Assembly: GCA_964187785.1 (NCBI GenBank)
Contig: OZ076413.1
Location: 44,022,001 to 44,086,000, forward strand
Source: Amphiscolops sp. MND2022
Taxonomy: Eukaryota
DNA length: 64,000 bases
Direction: 5' to 3'
Part shown: positions 27,101-35,589 of the stretch, piece after piece
How the letters are laid out: each line of letters opens with the position of its first letter
Position numbering within the stretch: position 1 is the first letter of the stretch
The notes under the pieces: model-generated
The model's database searches: none
The model's input: the letters and a program-made list of their open reading frames with translations, nothing else
Told to the model about the DNA's origin: nothing
Translations under genes and position numbers: made by a program

Positions 27101-27538
27101 TTTTTGCAGGCCGAGGGCGACATAGTGTTAGCATGCCCTGCTGACCTAAAGACCAACTCTGCCGCCTTGCGATATGTGCTGCGGGAGTGCGGCATAGAAG
27201 ATGTATTTGCCTTACGACCTAAAGTGGGCGAGATTCTCACTATCCCGCCTGATGTGAACCCCAACCCTAATCAAAGTATTCACCTGTTAATAGTCCGTGC
27301 TAGCCAGCGCACACCGCTGCTGACCGATGACTACTTGCGCTGCATGACGCACTTGATACAGCGCCTGATAGACAAAGGATCCACACGGGTCCACTTACCC
27401 ATTCTGGACCCCGAGAGACCGACTTTCTCGTTGGTCAATTTGTACCATGCTCTAACGAACATGTTCGAAGGAACTGGTATTCGCGTGGTTTTGCATAGCC
27501 GCGTATATGTATCAATATTAAATGTAGGGCTGGAGTAA
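18125..27538 (+). CDS. gag-pol: Single-frame Gag-Pol polyprotein (~3,140 aa)
   Basis: Open frame 17891-27538 with first ATG at 18125. Motifs: CCHC knuckle ~20396; protease LVDTGS ~21215; RT (CCDFRPLN, MPFG, YIDD 22727); RNase H (LDTDAS, E, D, ADGLS); integrase HHCC ~24330-24450 with a D,D,E core; WRGPHKV; AT-hook ~25991; macro-like C-terminus. Confidence 0.97.
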   Translation: MVLPGLERLDMSSQSWVTMGSTMDSSHLSDEMSDEVTIEQQRKEELAAMVPPSEGSVASGSSRRTEQWVDETCRERTNEAEEEWPNSNMTNEPAAEEGCSRAPLGEKTTSRLQIMVDEDLTYTGNTSYARRQGSGVTRGSTRVCAYGKHKRVRPPMMNVGERQFEAPRTRSVAGSVASSQRSSVYKAEILDAQAETQRALAELASTHAGCNDQHRAIAENARTLQTTMREGLQVSDQLRTAQNTQSARVDALGHRMGEMNDLLMARELRVETQINDLSNQMHTVLNAINIMRRERSLPRQSGAGEGVPVADSTKIPESSHLGRATKPELASALKPSTSKSTAPETRIRDPVLIMADVERKPARVQVRGPHDSSSMSQITSSVVRSTTRDQGVDPMSPIYLDSSTEVDLSCTKATLGSQTDGAAYATAPTMASGTDSLYLTADWTAEDGMPSGAPCASSTRKKEDIADLSVRATHGSDDGTDVVAPKEGEAEVISPEQLRFTAAISKAMSKELAPLLAGRDLAQTKPSVYRDSKDGSIDGWILVMQRHLKRVQTKVSAEDRAWSIIGHLEGEARNYIINKAESERDTPEKVSELLSSRFGAGGNRMQVRQTFQSRVQQEKEDWMQYLDALEGLRSQGFPQESIITKRYEILQRFMEGVRDPVLRRELAIVYASETFLTEPPTVESLRFTTRQLQRNRPRPTQPQQPYDPRLAMRSRPHPFVPLPPNKMVMPQGVLPPSAHPPKCPSAVLAPARAPAGACFHCGQNGHFARECPNRDQARKPVTASEPEGVKVTTEDATDGILEGHPGIYQCTSCGLFDQAEVQCGEHSHAPKPSDELAYNRWAEVESAGIAAHTVPLEDDRVLMLHPAEPPAFHTPMTFTCGAKQVQTCLEPTTFDPQGRTLISIHLLLAAEQTRRPTLTLAKLWVELSVLYKRNELPRPKEWYAPGESTTLTTYSPVPVCASMDGVDLKFEACVVVDVFPPGICLGPQELKCYNINHQEPTGEARIDERASLVVSFVVPHAAPIPLRGLVDTGSGVSILTFSAFNRVAARTGTVLKPYQVDLYAANGKTIKTYGLAEHIHFQLGGYELETNFVVVDDAMGVEDFPLGRNFLRSYQVLVDLTSMKIVVRAPVKPVWHHAHAQVGDTSIATPVVLDSDLVLQPFERAVARAKLVTNALEPLIFQSVALNASLSDTTLHNVVFLEDSVATVSETGTLFVSLINLTSNPQRMRCGVQLGTVVPVTVVYQAVPQCLDPPTTTRTKTNADDSRANFVHKIYSEVNLSTASELTSSSEFEFLSSTDPSEAGLSEREIRKRTDPELMAPIPGPESQLQAVKDLWGASACESLSNLLDEFDELFMKHKADIGRCTIAKHTVEVEPGAVPHREGARRMSPEKAERANQEVRNLLALGMIQPSLSPWASGIVMVKKKNGELRFCCDFRPLNEVTIKDAYPLPRIDESLARLGKAKIYTSIDLAWAFWQIPVRKADRHKTAFACELGLFEWRRMPFGMCNASATFQRPIARALRNIVNREGSMVMDYIDDIVIATETVEDHMARLREVFECLRESGFKMRVAKCDFMKSEIKYLGRVVSADGVKPDPKAVVKLRDWEIPRNKTEMQSFLGFANYYREFIPWHAKLVAPLHAVTGLNATFAWGPEQQTAFNEIKKALIEATALAQPDSEGEFVLDTDASAVAISGILHQWQGPPGERRLRPIVYGSKKLTTTQAKYGAPKLEMFAAYYFIVKNHSYLCPRKFTLRVDNQALSWLKTYSTDQALIGRWIMTLEKYHFRVEHRPRTQHRNADGLSKRTNEYRCREKQLAQQPAAGERWNFLSADEFDKLPVAPWFDLQGRVIPNHPELPAHLQNLEPRAPNQLLRVLRRTKRASRRDRQAKAFAAPLPPPPSLAPQPHEDAYPDYPEDWIDVTDEAREDYLLPTHAVNVPSRTVYAVAGANPVALQGTPSGVRDSIMALKDIDTELHEHAHTVHGIKDLILAQNRDVHVLALKKLVLNEPIDHDVFPENVREFARNYYRQKKTLLFINKNGVLCVRYSPNQRPLHERPCMIVMPQLYQHEILFRAHDAMGHQGISKVVARIQERHTWPGIRRSVGRYVGQCLTCQQVRDKPGDVRFHLENIQSGYFNELVQYDHLKICPSDSNNTGILVIIDHFSKFAEAVPCSHHDYDAVTTSRLLLQKWFARHGTPTRMQSDNAPNLTAEVSNEFLRAAHVTKVTSTAGHPRTQGLVERQNRTLLTLLRIFCSRRMRDWDQCLDEVMGAYNSTRHATTGFSPYMLTRGVEKAIPLTFLYPEFAANSFESHEAYVDHVLARQQEIHDLVRRNTHQAQLRQKLKYDRTTQARAYQVGELVWVFCRYVPQKGSPKLMRAWRGPHKVVQVFQDGRVYVLDTGQKVHFERLKPHHSGPLELATAHADSREVVVLMDPEPERSVDVVDDDRSLSSYKPEQLLSEASDASLPSRRRHWMDTRLRTKLRAGGSRPHYQQFDYSTSGTDDELSDAMLPMPPNPVDEDLMEPAAPPAALDQSISPARVLPQLFSDHERVRSPSPQISSSEKETSLPGTSASLLTNPSLTNFLSNYPIWPTAPPIPLKSASSVSNAQPDLPEVPETSPGAGTAPSFKRGRGRPPKAQKKRLIRAKARTRKKETPTNVETETAIQAETEAPRTAETLTEASATALRYQLRSKRQPRYKCGTCGLRDCVCLLAVNENRRVPIGARGVSPEEGENLVYRLTVRAEKTYSAVERSRDHPVDTILEKLSLPGVAKAPCPRFKEWTSDGKGLKFTLPTVLPPVPSNIAFGPFNFEREPVQMARCITADLLCDKYGVQVEPGGVYSPAPHWWLLVTAPRVEAMVERLNLLSCLESLRTLTTVDLILCFHIIDWYRGKVKFAWWLELIITCFATYPRIRLLDEWTHTFEIPLFPKAALGTLDTWVKAGSDNRAMPRSVWRDLAAVQGPTPRVCLPSDNGPGREIVYPGALYPNSAEHVSYDESDFLQAEGDIVLACPADLKTNSAALRYVLRECGIEDVFALRPKVGEILTIPPDVNPNPNQSIHLLIVRASQRTPLLTDDYLRCMTHLIQRLIDKGSTRVHLPILDPERPTFSLVNLYHALTNMFEGTGIRVVLHSRVYVSILNVGLE

Positions 27539-27832
27539 CCTTATCATTTTAGTTGTCCCCATTTTCCCTTTGCCCTCAATCCTTGTAATAATCCTTGTAA
27601 CAACCATGGAAGAGTCTTGAAATGCTCTCGAAATGTTAATTTGTCATGCTGTTTACTCAAAGGTTTTGTTCTAGTTCGTTAGTTAGTTAGAGTTAAATTT
27701 TAAGTTTGTAGTGGCCCCTTACGGAGCCGATGTTGCATCGCTGTAATTGAGGGACGAGCCAGCCCACGGCTCGCTCCAGAAAGAACTTGCCCCTGTAAGC
27801 CTAACAGTGGTCCTTTTTAGACCTATGCATTA

Positions 27833-30800
27833 ATGGCCCATTGCCCAAACAGTTCAGCGCCTGCAACAGGGCCTAGTAGTGCAAGGCCCCAGGAATCTGC
27901 GCGAGCGCAGAGGGCCAACCAGGCCCAATACGTCGAAGAGAGGCTGCGGGATGGTCTTTCACCAGTAGCCGTTGCTGGGGTAGCTGCCTTACTGACCCAG
28001 CTTGAAACGATGCTAACGCTGCCAAACGCATCATTGTCGATCACTACGGAGGTGGCAGGCTATCGTCGCACCTTGACGTGTACCAATAATGCCTGGGATG
28101 GGTACGACCTGACTCACCAGTTCTTAGACGAAAGATCAATCGCAGTGCATGGCCCCAGTCAGGGCACCAGATTCGAACAAGAAGCATCACTGCGTATGAT
28201 GCCCGTCAATGTCCCATCGCTGCCGTCTATCTCGGCACCGAATCCAGTGCAGATGACACCGTATGCTGGCTCACTTGCTTTTGGGGCACCATATGGAACC
28301 CAGGCAGCGACAATGCAAAACCCTGCCAATCAATCAGCCTCAAGTCGGGAGCCCTCGGGGTCCCAACTGCCATCAGTGCCTAATCTGAATCTTACTTGAC
28401 GGAGCACTAGCGAGCAAGCGGTGATCGTAGCCCTGCAAGCAGTCGCCAACTACCCCAACTCCTCTGACCTCGTCCGTGCAGTTGAACAAAGGATTCCCGG
28501 ATTGGCACACTATTTGCAAGCCGCAGCTCAGTCCTCGGGCTGTGTCACCCCACCCACCACCCTAGCCGAAACTGTGTCCATGGAAGCAGAAACCACGGCC
28601 GGACCAAGCACCAGCGCTATAACATGTCCCCGTGAGGAAACCGGACGGAAGCGACTTACTGAGGAAAGCATCGTCGCTACGCGCAATAATTCTGTGACCG
28701 AGAGTCCGACCAGTCGTCCCCCTCCGGACAAGCGAGCAGATGTACCCCAGCAATCGCAAATGAAGAGTGTAGTGGTCGTGAGGCCTCCATACCGCGTCGG
28801 CCACCTGGGCGTAGGCGCGCCTCAAATGTCTATGGAAGAGGCCATCAACCGCTACGGCAGTGTGGATGCGAATCCTGAAACGAGTCCTGTGCCCTTGGGC
28901 ACAGGCTCTGCCAACATGTCCCTGGAGGTGCCCGAGACAGTCGAGGAGACCAGCCCTCCCGCCTTCCTTCCCCCGTCAGATGATGTATCCGACTCCGTGG
29001 TAACTAGCGATAGTAAACGCATCTGGATGGCAGCAGAGTGTTTGCACCCAAACACATGTGCGATTAGAAGAAGAGCACCGCCGTCGGACGCCGATCAAAG
29101 AGAGGTGAGCAGAATCACCATTGCGGCACAAATAACTCGATCGCTACGTGCCCGTGATGCGGACCTGAGTGAGCAAGCCTGGGAACAGCGTGCTCGAGAG
29201 CAACTGCCCGCCACACCCAACAACTACATGGCTCGCCTGCAGCACGACCTCACCGAGCAATTTCCCGCCAGGTACATATTGCGCGAAGGAGAAACCTGGG
29301 AAGCGAACGCCCGCTACGCTCGTAATATCAGGTCAATGAAGCCCCTCTTGAAAGCAGCTCTGCAGCGTGCGCGCTATTGTGTGGCGGTAGATTCGACGTG
29401 CAAGAGCGATCTGCCTATCGATAACCTTCTGCCTGATGTGCTGGTATTAACAATGCCACTCTCCCGCTTCGCCGAAGTCGCAGAGATGGTCGCGGTCATG
29501 TACGACCCAAACCTGAGAGGGTCTCTAAGAGAGCCACCTCCGCGACGTGTAGTCTTCACCAACTTGATCGACCACATGGCCTGTGAAGGACTGCTACACA
29601 ACCTGGATGCCCTCATGCAGATACCCGTAGACCTGGGAATGTGGCGACCTTAGTAAACGTGGTTGCGGATGCAATGGAGCGTGCAGCAGGGATCCTTCGG
29701 GGCCGTCTGGGAGCGCTCGCGCTCTTCACATCCCCGCCGGGATTCATGTATTGGCAACGAAGCTTGCAGCAGTTTGTATATATCTTGTCTGAGGTGTGCA
29801 AGGCGCGCCGGATCGAGTTTGCCATATGTGCGCCAAATCTTCGGATTGATCGCGGAGACCTACGCCCCGATGCATTGTCATACCCTGCCTTCTTTGCTGC
29901 TGTATCAAGAGTGCTAATCACTGTGGAGCGATCGGGAAATGCACAACTAACTATCGACGATGCCATACTGTTTGATCATGGAATGTGCATGGGGCGGATG
30001 GCCTTCGACTTGGACGGGAATCGCGTCACGCGAGAATCTAACATGAGTGAGCGAGAGGCTGTTCGACGATATAACTGGCTGGTGCGGAAAGACAAAGAAA
30101 TTCCCGTACGAACAGAGCTGGCAGAGCTTGTGAAGGAAATTGAAACATGGCCTGCCGCACGCACGGTCGAAAGGACCATTCCTCAGATTCGGTTTGCCGC
30201 GGGAATCGAGCCTGTCAAGTTGCCCGTGGGCCTGAGGCACATCGTGGCTGTGGAGGCGACCAACTTGAAGACTGAAGTAGATGCCGCCGGATTAACGTAT
30301 GCCGAATGGTATCAGTCCAGATTCGTGGACAGAACCTTGGCCGAGGTAGCTCAAGAGCTTAACTGTCCCTTGGAAGCCTTTTGCACCAGTCTCGGACTAG
30401 GCTGGAATATCGATGTAATAGCCTCTGAGTTCTTGCTCACCAATGTGCAGACTGACAAATTGTTGGAAACCATCGGCGAGACCACTGTCGGAGAGATGTT
30501 AGCGCTCGCGCTAACCATGGGCCCGACAAAGTTTGTGGCTGGTCCTCTGGCTATGTTAGTCGAGCTGGTAGTATCCAGTGATCTAGTCACCTTTTACAGC
30601 TACCTGATCATCGCGCAGGGACAGCTACGCAGCCTAACTCGATGGGGTCACCTCCTGAATTCCAAGGACCAACAAGATTATGTCACCCAGCTGGAACGCA
30701 TGCGTGCATCCCTCCAACATTGGTTGTATTCCACCCTAGTGTTCGCCTCCGGCTTGTTTGTAGGCGTGGATCAGTCGCAACCCCTGCACAATTCCGAGCG

Positions 30801-32102
30801 TCAACTCCCTGCGGAAACGGCGGGATTTCCTACGCCCCAGCAAATCGCCGATTTGACTCTGGCCGAAGTGGAGGACTTCGTGGCCGTCATGGCTTCCGTC
30901 CTGGCCCCAATCTTCGGTGCGGTCGGTGTGTGCCGGTATCCCACCAAACCATTGTCGAGAGCAGTGCAGGTGCACATGGTCTCCTTCTGCACCTATCTCC
31001 AAGGACGCCCCCCACTGACCTATCCGCGCATCGTACAGGCTGTATTGAGTGGCGAGATGCCGCATGGGTATACCACCTTGAAGTCGGAGAAACAACTGGA
31101 GGAGAACTTGATGGGTTTGTTGCGCGCCCGCACACGAAAGGCGTCCCTTTGCCACGAGAGTACGGCCCAGTCAATTGGTACTCCGCGCCTCTCAGCCTGA
31201 ATGGAGTCCCCTTTAGATTCCCTTGGACGCAGGAGTTTATACGTAAAGTGATTCGGGCCAGCACTAGTGCTGGTCCACCTATAGATCCCCTGTGCGCCTT
31301 CAAGTGCATCACCTTCCCAAATCACTACTGGAAGGAGCCACTGGGATGGCCCAGAACAAAACCCGTTGGTCGCGCCCCTGAAGCCTTCAATCGGCAGGTC
31401 CAGTATATGGAAATGGCTCAGATTCCGAGTTGGATTGAAGGAGCAGCTCAGACTCGACAAAGGAACCTGCAACGTCGCGTGACTCCGTTCCCTAGAAGAG
31501 CTGTCTGGAGACCGCAGGCCAAGTTGACGGTGTCAGGAGATATGTCCATCGTCCAGCACGATGAGATCAATTCCGTGCTAGGCCCCGAAGCCCGCGCAGA
31601 GTGGGAAGGACATTGCTTGGAGCTGGAGATTGCCAGCTTCCCAAAATGGAAGCGAGCTTGCGAGCTCTGGAGTCAGCCTGGCTGGGTCTCCAAACGAATA
31701 TCCTTGGCCGTGGAGAGTAGAGCTGAACTCGAGAGACAACAGGCGTTCGCGTCTGCCATGCTGGCACCCATAAGGGCCATGTCATCAAACCAACCCATTG
31801 ACCGGCCCGTGACTCTGGATTTGCCTACCCATGTTCTACAGCCAGAGCCTGTGAGTCCACCATCGACACAAACCAGTCCTCAGTCATCGCAACCACAGTC
31901 CGGTGAGCATGCGGCTGAGCTAACCCCCGACGCCGTACTGGTACAATCGACCGCTGAATTATCACTCCCTGAAGACGTTTCTGATTCAGAGACAGTGATT
32001 ACCGTGATATCTCCACAGCGAAGAGCGTCAATAGCGTCGGAGGAAACAGGGGTTTCGGAGGATGCCTCTAAGAATCGAGCTCGACGCAGCTCTGCCCAGT
32101 AG
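27833..32102 (+). pseudogene. ORF2 of the giant element (~1,420 codons, one in-frame TGA and two frameshifts), with an SGNH-hydrolase-like domain
   Basis: ORFs 27833-28399 and 28421-29653 are in frame across TGA 28397; 29641-31200 and 30642-32102 continue by frameshift. Coding-like GC-rich composition throughout, bounded by AT-rich spacers. Confidence 0.8.
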
Positions 32103-32834
32103 ACCTTGCCGCCAATTGGAGCGTTCGCGCTCCTATTGAACTCCAAACTCTGCCAATTCATTGCCTCAAACTTATAGCCTTAACTGGTGCTACCTCATAC
32201 AAAGTGCAATTTTTGTTAGTAGTTATTTAGTTAGTATGTTGTTAGTATTTCGCTGGGTGTACGGCCAATAGAGTGCGCCTGCCCCAGCTGCTTGGCCTAC
32301 AAAGTTGAAAAAAGAAACTATTACCAAAGAAAAACTGCTATTTTTGTTGCGCACCGTTCGCGGTGTTTTTGAGTTGCCATAGTCAAGAAAAAGTTCTAGC
32401 CTTTTAGTTACGGTTTTAGCTGTTTTTTCTTGTTTTTTGTTGTTCAAGCATCTTCTATCGACTGTCTGATGAGTAGGCAAATCTGCGTTCTCCCAAAAGA
32501 AGTTTTACATTGCCCGAAATTGACTGAAAACTGTAAATGGCAAACTGCATAAAAAAGAGATTTCAGCTGACCCAGGTCGCAAATAGTTTTTAGCGAAAAC
32601 TGTTTGCTTAAACGAGTTTTAACCGACTGAAAACCTGAGCCCTCGAGCTGGTGCTAAAACCTCGTTTGCATTTTTGTACAAATACCTAAGCAGTAAAATT
32701 TTCCTTGGAAAAAACCGCGAAATTTGACAAAAATAGTTGCTGAAAAACAAGGACTCGTCCTTGTCCCCTGAGGTGTGGATGATGGTTCCCAGCAGTCACT
32801 GCGATGCCGTTTCCAGACGAGGCCAGATGCCGCT

Positions 32835-32869
32835 TGCCAGGGACGACAAGCCAGAAGCCCGGGGAGTGA
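32835..32869 (+). promoter_or_regulatory. Polypurine-tract region before the 3' LTR
   Basis: ...gccagggacgacaagccagaagcccggggagtga|TGTAAC; a similar motif precedes the 3' LTR of the minus-strand relative. Confidence 0.7.
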
Positions 32870-33580
32870 TGTAACGGCAACTGCCCATGTCAAAATTTTC
32901 GAAGCAAAAATTCGTTCAAATCTGACGTGGCACTCAAACATGCTCCAGACGAAAGACCTGTCAGAAAAGCATATCAGAAAAGCAGAAATCGCCCCCCGCG
33001 AAAGGAGACGACAAAAAAGACGTAGAAATCAGTCTCTAGAACACGGTGATGTGCCCATCTTCGGAATTAACACTACATAGGTAGCAGAAACCGGTGTTCC
33101 GGATGCTCGCCTGAAGATCCTGCGGTGTCCTGTGCGGTGACGAGCGCTAGCGCTGGGAAGCCATGGTCGATTCCTGTCAAATAACTCAAACTTCTGATAT
33201 TATTATGCTTGTTGTGCTTTCTTTATTGTAGTAGATTGATATGCTCGAGAGCTGCCCATTTAACATCTATAGTTACCCATTTTGATGTCGATTTTATCAG
33301 ATTCTCCAATACTATGGCTCAACATTCTCCTGTTTTCAGCCCCCTTTTTAAAGGCTAATTGAGCAGTGGTCTTGAGACATGCAAGATGCCCGTTGCTTTT
33401 AGCAGTTACAGACTAGGACCAGGCCAGAGAGTTTCCAACAAGACGGTTCCCCGACCTTGGGACTGGCTCCTTCGGAGGGAAAATGAGCTAGGGCCGCGGA
33501 GATCTAAGTCCCAGATTATATTCGCTGTTCTAGTTCCTCCACTCTACGTTGCGGTTCAAGCGCCAGCGCTTATCGTTACA
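32870..33580 (+). repeat. 3' LTR (711 bp)
   Basis: Near-identical direct repeat of 14711-15421. Confidence 0.97.
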
Positions 33581-34381
33581 TTCAAATACCATTATGTCGA
33601 CATCGTTTGCGTGGAAATTTTGGTCCAATAAACTAATTGAGGTCGACATAATCCTATCCATTACATTGATTGTCAGTTGAAAGTTGCTAATTAAATTTTA
33701 TAGTGGACAAAATTTGCGCTGAAATAGGGGCCTTTTTATACGATTTTAGCTTGTTTCAAACGTGAGTTTCTGCTATTTTGGACAACAATATCAAAACATT
33801 ATGGTAATTTTTTGGACCATGTGTTCAATTTCCCCCCAGGTACACCTTGTTGCGAATTCCCCCCCCCCCAACACGAAAGCACATTTTGTTCTTGAATAAA
33901 AATATTTCACTAATAAGAAAAAATTATATGAATGTATATACTTAGAGGATTGTCTCTACAACCGTTTGGACACTTCAGTCTTCCATTATTGAAGGAGACG
34001 GACCACAGGTTGCACCATATAAGGTCCAGTTTGTTATCATCCGTCAATGACCCTTCCGATCTTCAGTTCAGACAATACCTGTTGTACTCTAGACGAACAC
34101 ATCTTTCTAAATATCTTTCTAGCCATTATGCTTAGAATACAACATGGCACAGTCAGCCAATTTTATCAACTACAATAAAAAGTTCTTACCGAGAAAAAAA
34201 ACCGAAGTCGTGGCTGAGAAAATAACAGTACCCAAACTAGAAAGGAAACCTTCAAACTGGAATCCGGTATTTACACCGAGAAAATCCCATTCACAAAACG
34301 GGAACATAATATAGACGCAATTCCACCATGAAATTGTGAAAATGTGGCGGAAAAGGGATAGTCCGGCAAAGAGACAAATTT

Positions 34382-34463
34382 GAGAGTCTGGTCCAAATCC
34401 CCAAATGAAGTCTTCTTGTGTTAACACAAGAAGACTTCATTTGGGGATTTGGACCAGACTCTC
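34382..34463. repeat. Perfect 82-bp palindrome
   Basis: gagagtctggtccaaatccccaaatgaagtcttcttgtgtt|aacacaagaagacttcatttggggatttggaccagactctc, with no spacer. Confidence 0.95.
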
Positions 34464-35589
34464 TTAACCAATTATTGAGAGCTGGAAGCACAATAGATCA
34501 GCACAAAACCTAAGGAAACAGCGTCATCTGGTTATTTGCTGAATATTAATTACCGAAAAAAACAGGTATCATAACAGAGGCGATTTCGCTCGGGCAAAAC
34601 AAACAGAAGACTGGCAGTCTATGGTGATGGTTGACTGAACAAGGAAAAGAGTGCAATTTCAACACAATATCGGCGGCACAAACAAAAAGAAGATGAAAGG
34701 AAAAGCACACACTAAAAACGATTAAAAAACAATTGAACTGATGAAAACGAACATATACCAAGAAGAGAAGAGAAAGGTAACAATACTGAAAGCAATGACC
34801 ATGTCAAAAGGTAAGATACAAACAAAACAATAAAAGGAGAAGCGATACAAAGAATGGAAAATCTCAAAATTGGGCCTGAGAACAGATTTTCCGGAAACCG
34901 ATCTTGCGGATTTTGCAACGTGCTGAACTGGAGTTGGAGTCAATAACACAAATGTCGCGTTTTAGAGTCAAGTATTGAATTAAGAGTCAATAAGGATTGC
35001 AAAAACAAGCCACTATGCAAGAGCTTGCAGAAATTGTAGCACCAAAAAGCGGGCAGTAGTTAAACTTTTCGAGAAAAAAAAACAGAAAAACCGCACGAGT
35101 CGACAAGCGAATCAGATGAGCATCCATCGCATAAAACAAACAAAAACGGTTGAAGAGAAGCCGCAGCATTTCACAGCGTCATTCAAAGTTAACGGATTAA
35201 AGAATACTTTTTTTTTGACACCAGCTCATTAGTAACGCAAACACCACCAGGCAAAGCAAATTGATCTCCCGAAAAGAACAAACAGGTTTCAAGGACTAAA
35301 CATGAAAAAGTAAACCTTCGGAGAAAATACCGGTGAACTTTGTGTTTGATATAACATGCAAAAATGAAAATAATATTTCAAACACAACGGACAAAAAACC
35401 ACTTCTCAGAACGGACTGGGTGAAATTGTTCGAAACAACAATCGAGACAAAACTATTGACTGATAATCAGAGAAAGAGAACGTGTTCAACAAATATAATG
35501 AACTGTTTAATGACAACCGAACAAAATAGATAGCAAAATAAATAATCAAATAGGACCGCGTCTTTTTTCGGTAAAACAAGGAGGAAGTA

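Larger units (their letters stand above)
14711..33580 (+). mobile_element. Full-length giant (18,870 bp) Ty3/Gypsy-type LTR retrotransposon
   Basis: Paired 711-bp LTRs, PBS, Gag-PR-RT-RH-IN domain order, an extra ORF2 and a purine-rich tract before the 3' LTR; flanks TTC|TG...CA|TTC. Confidence 0.97.

Noticed and set aside
27833..32102. ORF2 as a classical env gene
   Set aside because: No evident signal peptide, Cys-rich ectodomain or C-terminal membrane anchor.
17761..32161. Numerous antisense or overlapping ORFs (e.g. 17761-18468, 22781-23347, 31020-31472)
   Set aside because: Expected shadows of GC-rich coding sequence; no recognisable motifs.
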